From the NCBI GenBank assembly GCA_002482775.1, contig DLGQ01000109.1, positions 47,789-111,788 on the forward strand: 64,000 bases of DNA. Direction: 5' to 3'. The stretch's first letter is position 1, and each line of letters opens with the position of its first letter. Positions 18,744-27,727 of the stretch are shown one piece after another. The notes under the pieces were generated by a model. That model was not told where the DNA came from, made no database searches, and saw only the letters and a list, made by a program, of their open reading frames with translations. Origin of the DNA: Flavobacteriales bacterium UBA7690. Lineage in GTDB: Bacteria > Bacteroidota > Bacteroidia > Flavobacteriales_F > PHOS-HE28. The position numbers and the translations under genes were made by a program.

Positions 18744-19154
18744 ATGAGCACCAACGGGCGTCGGCAAGAGACCAGCACAGCGACCATCGAACTGGTGGCA
18801 CCGAGCTTCATCGAGCAACGCTACCGCACTGATGCTCGCATCGTGTCCGGCGTATTCGAACAGAACAGGAAAGCGCGTTGGAAGGTCGCCGGCGGAAAGC
18901 CGTGCGTGGTATTGATCATCGTACCACCGGAACTCGCCCTTCACACACCCTCCACCAACCAGGACCACTTCCGCGCGGATAGCGAAGCGCGCAGCATCAT
19001 CGCACTAGCGGTGGTGGCCCAGAACATGGCCGTGTACACAGCGGCGAAATTCTACTTCCGCTATTACGCGCAGGCGTTCGAGGCGCGCGTGTTCGAAGAA
19101 GAGGAAGAGGCGCGGCGATGGTTGACCGATATGTTGGAACGGACAACGCCGTGA
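18744..19154 (+). CDS. STAS/SEC14-like small protein, paralog of the upstream gene
   Basis: FIEQRYR, DHF, ALAVVA, RVFEEEEEARRWL. Confidence 0.7.
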   Translation: MSTNGRRQETSTATIELVAPSFIEQRYRTDARIVSGVFEQNRKARWKVAGGKPCVVLIIVPPELALHTPSTNQDHFRADSEARSIIALAVVAQNMAVYTAAKFYFRYYAQAFEARVFEEEEEARRWLTDMLERTTP

Positions 19155-19213
19155 TGAACCATCACGGCGCTGTAGTCCGAGTTCGTTATGCTGAAGTCCC
19201 GGCTATCGCAACC

Positions 19214-20449
19214 CTACTTGAACGCTGCCAACCCCGTCACCTCCATGCCGGTGATCAGCAGGTGGATATCGTGCGTGCCTTCGTAAGTCACTACGCTTTC
19301 GAGGTTCATCATGTGGCGCATGATGGGGTACTCGTTGGTGATGCCCATGCCGCCGAGGATCTGGCGTGCTTCGCGGGCAACCGTCAGTGCCAAGTGTACG
19401 TTGTTGCGTTTGGCCATGCTGATCTGTGCGGTGGTGGCACGGCCTTCGTTGCGCAGCACACCCAAACGCCAGGTGAGCAACTGTGCTTTGGTGATCTCGG
19501 TGATCATTTCGGCGAGCTTCTTCTGCGTGAGCTGGAACTGGCCGATGGGCTTACCGAACTGGACGCGTTCCTTGCTGTAGCGCAGTGCGGTATCGTAGCA
19601 CTCCATGGCCACGCCCAGTGTACCCCAGGCGATGCCGAACCGCGCGCTGTCCAAGCAACCGAGCGGTGCGCCCAGGCCGCTCTTGTTCGGGAGCAGGTTG
19701 GCCTTGGGCACTTTCACGTTGTCGAACACGAGTTCGCCGGTGGGGCTGGCACGCAGCGAGAGCTTCCCGTGCGTGGTAGGCGTGGAAAAGCCTTCCATGC
19801 CACGCTCCACGATGAGGCCGTGGATGCGGCCTTCGGTGTTCTCGGCTTTCGCCCACACGATGGCGAGGTCGGCGAAGGGCGCGTTGCTGATCCACATCTT
19901 GGCCCCGTTCAATAGATAGTGGTCGCCCATGTCCTTGAACACGGTGACCATGCCGCCGGGGTTACTACCGTGGTCCGGTTCGGTAAGGCCGAAGCAACCG
20001 ATCTTCCGGCCGGCGGCCATGTCCGGCAGCCACTTCATCTTCTGCTCTTCGCTGCCGTATTTCCAGATGGGGTACATGGCCAACGAGCCTTGCACGCTGC
20101 ACAAGCTGCGCATGCCACTGTCGCAACGTTCGATCTCTTGCATGATCAGGCCATAGCTGATCTGGTCCAGGCCCATGCCGCCGTATTGGGTGGGCACCAT
20201 GGGTCCGAAAGCCCCGATCTCGGCCAAGCCGGGGATGATGTCCTTGCTGAAGGTGGCGTTCTCGAAGCGGTCTTCGATGATCGGCTTCAGGTGCTTGCTC
20301 ACGTGCTGGCGCGCCGTGTCACGGATCAGTTTCTGCTCTTCCGTGAGCAGTTCGTCCACCAAATAGTGGTCGTGGCTCTGGTAGAGGTCGGTGGTATTGC
20401 GCTTTTCAGCGGAACTCTTGGTGGCCGTAGCGGAAGTGGTCGTGCTCAT
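19214..20449 (-). CDS. gcdH: Acyl-CoA dehydrogenase, glutaryl-CoA dehydrogenase type
   Basis: GCFGLTEPDHGSNPG, KMWISN, GKLSLRAS, TYEGTHDIH. Confidence 0.88.
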   Translation of the reverse strand: MSTTTSATATKSSAEKRNTTDLYQSHDHYLVDELLTEEQKLIRDTARQHVSKHLKPIIEDRFENATFSKDIIPGLAEIGAFGPMVPTQYGGMGLDQISYGLIMQEIERCDSGMRSLCSVQGSLAMYPIWKYGSEEQKMKWLPDMAAGRKIGCFGLTEPDHGSNPGGMVTVFKDMGDHYLLNGAKMWISNAPFADLAIVWAKAENTEGRIHGLIVERGMEGFSTPTTHGKLSLRASPTGELVFDNVKVPKANLLPNKSGLGAPLGCLDSARFGIAWGTLGVAMECYDTALRYSKERVQFGKPIGQFQLTQKKLAEMITEITKAQLLTWRLGVLRNEGRATTAQISMAKRNNVHLALTVAREARQILGGMGITNEYPIMRHMMNLESVVTYEGTHDIHLLITGMEVTGLAAFK

Positions 20450-20518
20450 GGGTCGTCCAGCGCTGCTGGTGCGCGGGGAGGGTGTTGAACGCAAAAGGAT
20501 GTTCCGGCGTTCGCGGTG

Positions 20519-20526
20519 CAAAAGTA
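20519..20526 (-). promoter_or_regulatory. Bacteroidota -7 promoter box TACTTTTG
   Basis: Matches TAnnTTTG about 70 bp upstream of the dehydrogenase start. Confidence 0.55.
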
Positions 20527-20583
20527 GGTTAGGGGCAGGGGCGCAAGCCTCGTGCGGTCGGTTACATTCGCGATCCCAAGGCC

Positions 20584-21267
20584 ATGACCACCGAAGCGAC
20601 CACCGATACCCTGCGCGCCAGCGACCCGCTGAACGCGGAGTGGGTCACGGTGGTATTGCTGTTCGTGGTCGTCCTCTTGGCACTGATCAACGTGAGTTCT
20701 CCGCGCAAATGGCGCTTGGTGGGGCGTTCCATGTTCCAGATGCGGTTAGGCAAACAGGCGTTGCGCGAAGAGATGGACCTGCAGGACCGGGCGTTCCTTG
20801 GCCTGCTGCTGGTGGGCTGTACCGTGCTGGCCTTGTTCGGCTGGCAGTTCATGACCATCAGCGGCGTGCCTTCCGCCTTCCCGGCGCTCACCTTGGCGGT
20901 CTTGGGCGTGGTGCTGGGGCACTATGTGTTGCTCCGGATCGTTGGTGCGTTGATGCGTACCTCACCGGGGGTTGAAGAATACCTCTACACGGGCTTCCTC
21001 ATCTTCATCTTGGCCGGGGTGGTTCTCCTGCCGGTGGTGGTCTTCGGCGCCTACCACGCTGCCTGGCGTCCGGGGGCACTTTTCGTGGGCTGGGGTCTTA
21101 TCGTATTGCTTCTCCTCTACCGCTGGTTCAGGGGTGCATGGATCGGGGTTGGGGAGGGTATCCCGCTCCGCTACATTATTCTTTACTTTTGCGCCGCCGA
21201 ATTGATCCCCATACTTCTGGGTATCCAACAGTGGCGGAACACACCTTCTTTGCTGTCCCATATCTAA
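20584..21267 (+). CDS. DUF4271-like membrane protein
   Basis: Multi-TM with YIILYFCAAELIP; lies upstream of hemD, its usual position in Bacteroidota. Confidence 0.75.
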   Translation: MTTEATTDTLRASDPLNAEWVTVVLLFVVVLLALINVSSPRKWRLVGRSMFQMRLGKQALREEMDLQDRAFLGLLLVGCTVLALFGWQFMTISGVPSAFPALTLAVLGVVLGHYVLLRIVGALMRTSPGVEEYLYTGFLIFILAGVVLLPVVVFGAYHAAWRPGALFVGWGLIVLLLLYRWFRGAWIGVGEGIPLRYIILYFCAAELIPILLGIQQWRNTPSLLSHI

Positions 21268-21278
21268 GCCGATCGGCC

Positions 21279-22028
21279 TTGAAGATCAAGACCATCCTCG
21301 TTTCGCAGCCCGCCCCCACGGATGAGAAGTCGCCCTACCACGAGTTGGCGAAGAAGTACGCGCTGAAGATCGACTTCCGCCCGTTCATCAAAGTGGAGGC
21401 TGTGCCTGCGCAGGATTTCCGCCAGGAGCGCATCAACATCCTGGACCATACGGCCATCGTGCTCACCAGCCGCAACGCTGTGGACCACTTCTTCCGCATG
21501 TGCAAGGAACTGCGCCTCACCGTGCCGGAGACCATGAAGTATTTCTGCGTGAGCGAGAGCGTGGCGTACTACGTGCAGAAGTACATCGTGTACCGCAAGC
21601 GCAAGGTTTTCATCGGCAAGCAGACCTTCGGGGACCTGATGGACGTGATCAAGAAGCACAAGGAGGAGAAATTCCTGGTGCCCGGCAGCGATATCCAGAA
21701 AGGGGAGATCCCCACCTTGTTGGAAAAGGCGAACGTGAGTTTCACCAACGCGGTGTTCTACCGCACGGTGGCCAGCGACCTCAGCGATCTGAAGGACCTG
21801 AAGTACGATATGCTCGTGTTCTTCAGTCCCGGCGGCATCGAGAGCCTGAAGAAGAACTTCCCCAAGTTCAAGCAGAACGGGGTGTTCATCGCGGCCTTCG
21901 GCCCCACCACATCCAAGGCCGTGCGCGACAATGGCTTCCGCCTGGATCTGGAAGCGCCGCTTCCCGAAGCCCCCAGCATGACCGGAGCCATGGAGCTCTT
22001 CATCAAGCGGGAGGCCAAGAAGAAGTGA
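21279..22028 (+). CDS. hemD: Uroporphyrinogen-III synthase
   Basis: TTG start giving KIKTILVSQP; DFRPFI, TSRNAVDHFF, FFSPGGI, AFGPTT. Confidence 0.9.
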   Translation: MKIKTILVSQPAPTDEKSPYHELAKKYALKIDFRPFIKVEAVPAQDFRQERINILDHTAIVLTSRNAVDHFFRMCKELRLTVPETMKYFCVSESVAYYVQKYIVYRKRKVFIGKQTFGDLMDVIKKHKEEKFLVPGSDIQKGEIPTLLEKANVSFTNAVFYRTVASDLSDLKDLKYDMLVFFSPGGIESLKKNFPKFKQNGVFIAAFGPTTSKAVRDNGFRLDLEAPLPEAPSMTGAMELFIKREAKKK

Positions 22029-22081
22029 CCACCTTGCGTCACTGGGCCAACCGTCCATCGTTGTTCATCCGCCCTTGACCC

Positions 22082-22465
22082 ATGGAGCGGCTTACCTTCA
22101 GCAAACACGAACGGCTCACCGGCCGCCTGCGCATCCAGGAAGTGGTCACCACCGGCCGCTCCCTGCACGAACAGCCGTTGAAGCTCGTGGGGAAGATCAT
22201 GCCACTGCCTACCGAAGCATCCGCCCAAGTGGCCTTCGCCATCCCCAAGCGGTACATGAAGTTGGCCGTGCATCGCAACCGCATGCGGCGCCTGCTGCGC
22301 GAAGCCTACCGCCTCAACAAACACAGCTACCACCAACGGTTGCGCGAGGCTGGCAAACAATGTGCATGGCTTTTCGTCTACCAAGGGAAACAACCGCTCA
22401 CCTTGGCGGAGACCCAATTGAAAATAACCCGGTCGCTGGACCGTTGGATGGAGAAGCATGCGTAG
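22082..22465 (+). CDS. rnpA: Ribonuclease P protein component
   Basis: FSKHERL and [19 protein letters not shown] (RNR motif). Confidence 0.93.
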   Translation: MERLTFSKHERLTGRLRIQEVVTTGRSLHEQPLKLVGKIMPLPTEASAQVAFAIPKRYMKLAVHRNRMRRLLREAYRLNKHSYHQRLREAGKQCAWLFVYQGKQPLTLAETQLKITRSLDRWMEKHA

Positions 22466-22700
22466 GATCCTGGCACTACCGTTGATCGGGCTGGTACACT
22501 TGTACCGGTACACCCTGTCCCCGCTATTGCCCGGTGCCTGCCGCTACACGCCGTCCTGTTCCGAGTACGGGTTGGAAGCACTGCGTACGCATGGCGCGTT
22601 CCGCGGCGGTTACCTCACCCTCAAGCGCATCTTATCTTGTCATCCGTGGGGCGGTCATGGCCACGACCCTGTCCCACAAGCCCAGAAGAAACATGGATAA
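22458..22700 (+). CDS. yidD: Membrane protein insertion efficiency factor
   Basis: [10 protein letters not shown]...[17 protein letters not shown]. Confidence 0.95.
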   Translation: MRRILALPLIGLVHLYRYTLSPLLPGACRYTPSCSEYGLEALRTHGAFRGGYLTLKRILSCHPWGGHGHDPVPQAQKKHG

Positions 22701-24375
22701 CCAGACCCCCTCCCGCACATCGAAGTGGAAAATGGCGCTCATCAGCGCTACCATCGTTGGTGGTGGTGCATTCACCATTTCCGCCGGTGATAGCTACTTC
22801 GAGATCAGCAAGAACCTGGAGATCTTCACCGAGCTGTACAAGGAGCTGAACATCTATTACGTGGATGACACACAGCCCGGCAAGCTGATGAAGACGGGCA
22901 TCGACGCGATGCTCAACTCGCTGGATCCCTACACACAGTACATCCCGGAGAGCGACATGGAGGATTACCGCTTCATGACCACCGGCCAGTACGGCGGCAT
23001 CGGCGCGCTGATCAAACGCTCCAACGATAGGGTGTTCGTTAGCGACCCCTACGAAGGATACCCTGCCATGAAAGCGGGCATCTGGGCCGGTGATGAGATC
23101 ATGGAAGTGGACGGCAAGAAGATAGCGGGCATGGAGACCGATGAGGTGAGCAAGCTGTTAAAAGGCCAGGCCGGTAGCGTGGTGAAAGTGATCACCCAAC
23201 GCCAAGGCATGGACCCGGTCACGCACTCGCTCACGCGCGAAGAGATCAAGATCCCGGACGTTCCCTACAAAGGCATGATCGATCCGGTGAACAAGGTGGG
23301 CTACATCAAGCTGAACAGCTTCACGCAGACCGCCGGTCAGGAAGTGCGGAACGGGATGAAGGAGCTGAAGGATCAGGGCGCCACGAAGCTCGTGCTCGAC
23401 CTCCGCGGCAATGGTGGTGGCTTGCTGCGCGAAGCGGTGAACATCGTGAACCTCTTCGTGCCGAAGAACGAACTGGTGGTGGAGACCAAGGGCAAGATCC
23501 CCGAGTGGGACAAGACCTACAAGACGTTGAGCGAACCGGTCGATGCCGGCATCCCGCTGGTGATCCTGGTGGATGGCCAAAGCGCCAGCGCCAGCGAGAT
23601 CGTCTGCGGTGCCTTGCAGGATCTGGACCGTGGGGTCGTTGTTGGCGAGCGCACGTATGGCAAGGGCCTCGTGCAGCAAACGCGCGACCTCTACTACAAC
23701 AGCAAGCTGAAGGTGACGGTGGCGAAGTACTACATCCCCAGCGGCCGTTGCATCCAGAAACTGGATTACGCGCACCGCGACAGCACAGGGAAGGTAGCAG
23801 AAGTGAAGGACGAAGCCATCGCGGAGTTCAAGACGCGCAACGGGCGTCCGGTGTACGATGGTCGCGGTATCCTGCCCGATGTGGAAGTGATGGATCCTGA
23901 ACTCGCCAAGGTGGTGGGTGGCCTGTACGGCAAGGATCTCTTCTTCGACTTCGCCACCAAGTATCGCCTAGCGAACCCGGAGATCGCACCGGCGGAAGAA
24001 TTCAAGATCAGCGATGCGCTCTACCAGGAGTTCGTGGACTACGTGAAGGACAAGAAGTTCGAGTACGACACCGAGAGCTTGGAGGCGTTCAAGAAGTTGG
24101 AAGAAGCCGCCAAGAAGGAGCGCTACTACGACCATGCCAAGGCGCAGCTGGAAGCATTGCACGCTGAACTCGCGCCGGACCGCACCGAGGAACTCACGCG
24201 TTTCCGCAGCGACATCGAAGAGGTGTTGAAGAGCGAGATCGTGGGCCGCTACTACTACCAGACCGGTCGTGCTAAAGCCAGCCTCACCACGGACCCGAGC
24301 GTGAAGTCGGCGATCGAGATCCTGAACGGGCCGCGTTACAACGAGGTGCTCACCACGATCAAGACCGGCAAATAG
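22693..24375 (+). CDS. C-terminal processing peptidase, S41A family
   Basis: LDPYT, PDZ domain, [23 protein letters not shown]. Confidence 0.95.
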   Translation: MDNQTPSRTSKWKMALISATIVGGGAFTISAGDSYFEISKNLEIFTELYKELNIYYVDDTQPGKLMKTGIDAMLNSLDPYTQYIPESDMEDYRFMTTGQYGGIGALIKRSNDRVFVSDPYEGYPAMKAGIWAGDEIMEVDGKKIAGMETDEVSKLLKGQAGSVVKVITQRQGMDPVTHSLTREEIKIPDVPYKGMIDPVNKVGYIKLNSFTQTAGQEVRNGMKELKDQGATKLVLDLRGNGGGLLREAVNIVNLFVPKNELVVETKGKIPEWDKTYKTLSEPVDAGIPLVILVDGQSASASEIVCGALQDLDRGVVVGERTYGKGLVQQTRDLYYNSKLKVTVAKYYIPSGRCIQKLDYAHRDSTGKVAEVKDEAIAEFKTRNGRPVYDGRGILPDVEVMDPELAKVVGGLYGKDLFFDFATKYRLANPEIAPAEEFKISDALYQEFVDYVKDKKFEYDTESLEAFKKLEEAAKKERYYDHAKAQLEALHAELAPDRTEELTRFRSDIEEVLKSEIVGRYYYQTGRAKASLTTDPSVKSAIEILNGPRYNEVLTTIKTGK

Positions 24376-24381
24376 GAACGG

Positions 24382-25989
24382 ATGACGGTGGCGCCATCGG
24401 GCCTGTTGCGGGGCCACGATGTATTCCGGTCCGTGCACGTTGGTGCACTGGCGCTGTGTGCGATCATGTTACCGTGGAGCACGGCCATCCTCAGCATGGC
24501 GCAGATGCTGCTGGTGGCGAACTGGCTGGCGGAAGGCGTGGTGCGCAAGGATCTGGTGCAGCGCTTTCGACGGGCGTTCACGTGGGCACCATCGCTGTTG
24601 TTCATCTCGTTCTTCGCCCTGCATGTGATCGGTCTGTTGTGGACCGAGGACATGAAGTGGGGCGTGGACCTGGTGCGCATCCTGTTGCCGGTGCTTTCGT
24701 TCGGTGCGGTGCTGGCCGCGAGCCCTCGACTGGAGCGGAGGGAATACGACACGGTCCTGCTCCTCGGTGCATGGAGCGTGGTCACCAGCACCATTGCCTG
24801 CCTCGTACTGAACACGGCCGATGCGATGGACTACCGTTCGCTGTCGGTGTTCATCAGCCACATCCGACTAAGCATGTTGTTGTGTTTGGCGGTGGTCATC
24901 CTGCTGCTCGATCGTTCTAGCGCGTTGTGGTTCCGCTTACTAGGCTATGGTGCGGTGATGTGGGCGATGGTCTTCATCAATAAGCTGGGTAGCCTGCAGG
25001 GGTTCTTCGTGCTTGGTGTCATCGGCATGTTCTTCACCTGGCGCTGGGCTGATCGGTTGTCCAAGAAGTGGTCATACGTGCTGCGCGCTGCCCTCATTGT
25101 TCTACCCATCATTGCAGCATTCGCTGTGGTGCAGGAGGTACGGTCGCAGTACCGGTTGCCCGATCCAGAAATGGGAAGGCATGTGGAGCTTTCCGCCAGC
25201 GGCGAGCCCTACACATACGACCTCACCAACCCGCAAATGGAGAACGGCACGCACGTGTGGACCTATGTGGCCTGGCGGGAGATGGACCGTACGTGGCCGC
25301 TGCGCAGTAATCGTCCATTACAAGGGAAGGACGATAAGGGCCACGAAGTGTGGAGCACCCTGATCCGCTACCTCGCATCGAAGGGGTTGAAGAAGGACAG
25401 CATCGGGGTGATGAGCCTGACCGATGCCGATGTGCGTGCCATTGAACAAGGGATCCCCAGCGTGGTGCAAGAGCAACGCAGCGAATGGCGCGAGCGTGTG
25501 GACGAGGTGTTGTTCGAGTTGGCACAGTACCGGGCCTACGGCCGTGCCGAAGGACATTCCGTGGCGATGCGCTTGGAATACCTGAAGGCAGGCTGGGCCA
25601 TTGCCAAGGAGAATTGGTCTATCGGAGTGGGCACGGGCGATACACAACGTGCCTTCCTGGAAGAGTACGAACGTTCCGGTTCATCGCTCTCCTTGGAATG
25701 GCGGCATCGTGCACACAACGAATACCTCACGCTGTGGATCACCTTCGGCGTGGTGGGCCTGCTGTGGTCGCTTGTTGCTTGGTGTTGGCCAGCGTGGCGA
25801 ACAGGAGCTTGGCACAACGCACATTTCGTGGCATGGGCCATCATCTTCGCGATCTCCTGCCTAACGGACGACACCATCGAGACGCAAGCAGGGGCTACGT
25901 TCTTCGGCTTGTACTACGCGTTGTTCGTGTTCGCTGCGCCCCGGAGGATCACGGGCGCTGGATCAGCTCCAGTACACGGTGCGGGCTGA
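24382..25989 (+). CDS. O-antigen ligase family membrane protein
   Basis: Multi-TM with GVGTGD and AHNEYL motifs. Confidence 0.85.
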   Translation: MTVAPSGLLRGHDVFRSVHVGALALCAIMLPWSTAILSMAQMLLVANWLAEGVVRKDLVQRFRRAFTWAPSLLFISFFALHVIGLLWTEDMKWGVDLVRILLPVLSFGAVLAASPRLERREYDTVLLLGAWSVVTSTIACLVLNTADAMDYRSLSVFISHIRLSMLLCLAVVILLLDRSSALWFRLLGYGAVMWAMVFINKLGSLQGFFVLGVIGMFFTWRWADRLSKKWSYVLRAALIVLPIIAAFAVVQEVRSQYRLPDPEMGRHVELSASGEPYTYDLTNPQMENGTHVWTYVAWREMDRTWPLRSNRPLQGKDDKGHEVWSTLIRYLASKGLKKDSIGVMSLTDADVRAIEQGIPSVVQEQRSEWRERVDEVLFELAQYRAYGRAEGHSVAMRLEYLKAGWAIAKENWSIGVGTGDTQRAFLEEYERSGSSLSLEWRHRAHNEYLTLWITFGVVGLLWSLVAWCWPAWRTGAWHNAHFVAWAIIFAISCLTDDTIETQAGATFFGLYYALFVFAAPRRITGAGSAPVHGAG

Positions 25990-26971
25990 TCCGTTGGATG
26001 CAATCGCAGGTCTTCCCTCCAACGCAGGTCGGGCACGCCGGATCATCCACCAACGCATGCGTATCCCGCCCGATGGGTGCCCAGCGGCCAGGATGGATAG
26101 GCCTGCGCGAGGAGAATAGACCGATAGCCCGGATGCCTGAAGCCGCAGCGATGTGCAGTGGTCCTGTGCTGGCCGCCACCAGCGCATCGCTCGCACCGAT
26201 CACGGCGATCAATTCTGGTAGCGAAAGTTTGCCACCCGCATCGATGGTGGAAGGATGGTCGAGTGGCAGCACCGTGCGGTAATGATCCGCTTCGGCTTGT
26301 GTGCCGGTCACGATCGTGGTGTACGGCCCATCGTTCAACAAGCGGATCAACGCTGCGAAGTTGGCCAGGCCCCATTCCACGGCGCTTCCCTTGGAGCCCG
26401 GATGCAGGATCACGGTGCGTTTCCCCGGTACGGACCAAGAGGGGTTTTGCGCGTGGAGCGGAGGTGTCGTGAAGCCGTACAGAGCCGCCAACCGGTCCAT
26501 CGTTGGAATTTCCTCGATCCCCAATGGGCGTAACAACTTCGTGTTCAACTGGGCTTCGTGCAGGTCGCTTCTCTTCCGGCTGAAGGCCACGCGGTCCGTG
26601 CAGGTGAACCAGTGCCACAAGCGGTTGGTGGTGCCGATGCGTACGGGGATATCGGCTTGCTTCGCCCAGCGTGCCACTTCCTTTTTCGGGAATACATGCA
26701 CCAAGGCATCGGCGCGCAGTTCACGCAGGAGGGCGACCGCATCACCGGCTTGCAGTTCTTCCAAGGTGAGGATGTGATCGATGTGCGTGCACCGTTCCAA
26801 CACCGGTCGGGTATAGGTGCGGCCCAGGAAGGTGATGCGCACGTGGGGCATGCGCTCTTTCAGCAGTCCTGCAAGTGGCAAGGTCAGCATCACGTCTCCG
26901 ATGCTGTCCGTGCGGCTCAGGATGATGTGCTCAGGTGCTTTGGGCACGGTGCAAACGATCGAGTTTGGCAT
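25949..26971 (-). CDS. Glycosyltransferase family 9 (heptosyltransferase-like)
   Basis: RTDSIGDVMLTLP, LHPGS, STGPLHIAAA. Confidence 0.92.
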   Translation of the reverse strand: MPNSIVCTVPKAPEHIILSRTDSIGDVMLTLPLAGLLKERMPHVRITFLGRTYTRPVLERCTHIDHILTLEELQAGDAVALLRELRADALVHVFPKKEVARWAKQADIPVRIGTTNRLWHWFTCTDRVAFSRKRSDLHEAQLNTKLLRPLGIEEIPTMDRLAALYGFTTPPLHAQNPSWSVPGKRTVILHPGSKGSAVEWGLANFAALIRLLNDGPYTTIVTGTQAEADHYRTVLPLDHPSTIDAGGKLSLPELIAVIGASDALVAASTGPLHIAAASGIRAIGLFSSRRPIHPGRWAPIGRDTHALVDDPACPTCVGGKTCDCIQRISPHRVLELIQRP

Positions 26972-27692
26972 ACTTCAACTGCACCGCGCGGGCGCTGAGG
27001 CGAGCGATGTTCCAGCCGGCTTGGCCATCCAGGAATCCCGCACGTAAGACATAGCCTTGCACAAATTTCACCGCAGGTGAGAAGGTGCTTTTGAAGAGGC
27101 CTCCCTTCTTTCCTGCTGCGAACATCTTGCGAGCATGCAGGTCGCTGTAGCGTTCAATGCGGTCCTCATGCGACTTCAGCGTGGGGTAGGAATAGTGCAG
27201 CAGATCACCTTGCAGTTGATGCACGACTGTTCCTGGAGCGAGCCGCAATTCCTCGTGTACGTGTTCCCCTTCCCAGCGCGTGCCTTCCTTCGGGAACAAC
27301 CGCACTTTCGCATCGGGGTACCACCCGCCGTGGCGCACCCAGGATCCGCAGTAATTGGTGAGGCGGTTGAAGCGGTAGGCCCCGGAGGGTTTTGCCTTGA
27401 TCACCGCCATCAGTGCCGCACGTAGTTCAGCGGAAATGGCTTCGTCCGCATCCATGGAAAGGATGTAGGGTCGTGTGGCTTGCGCGTTCGCGAAGTTCTT
27501 CTGGTCGGAATAGTCCGTCCACGTGCGCACGATCACGCGAGCCCCATGGTCCGTGGCGATCCTTTGTGTGTCGTCGGTGCTTTCGGCGTCCACCACGATC
27601 ACCTCATCCACCAGCATGTTGAGCGAGATGAGGCAACGCGCGATGTTGTGCGCTTCGTTGTGGGTGATGATCACTGCGGAAATACCGGTCAT
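26931..27692 (-). CDS. Glycosyltransferase family 2 (KdtX/WaaE-like)
   Basis: ITHNEA, VVDAESTD, MDADE, GWYPD..RLF, VHE. Confidence 0.92.
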   Translation of the reverse strand: MTGISAVIITHNEAHNIARCLISLNMLVDEVIVVDAESTDDTQRIATDHGARVIVRTWTDYSDQKNFANAQATRPYILSMDADEAISAELRAALMAVIKAKPSGAYRFNRLTNYCGSWVRHGGWYPDAKVRLFPKEGTRWEGEHVHEELRLAPGTVVHQLQGDLLHYSYPTLKSHEDRIERYSDLHARKMFAAGKKGGLFKSTFSPAVKFVQGYVLRAGFLDGQAGWNIARLSARAVQLKYAKLDRLHRAQST

Positions 27693-27727
27693 GCGACGCC
27701 GAAGTTAGCGGCCAGCATGTTGACCGA

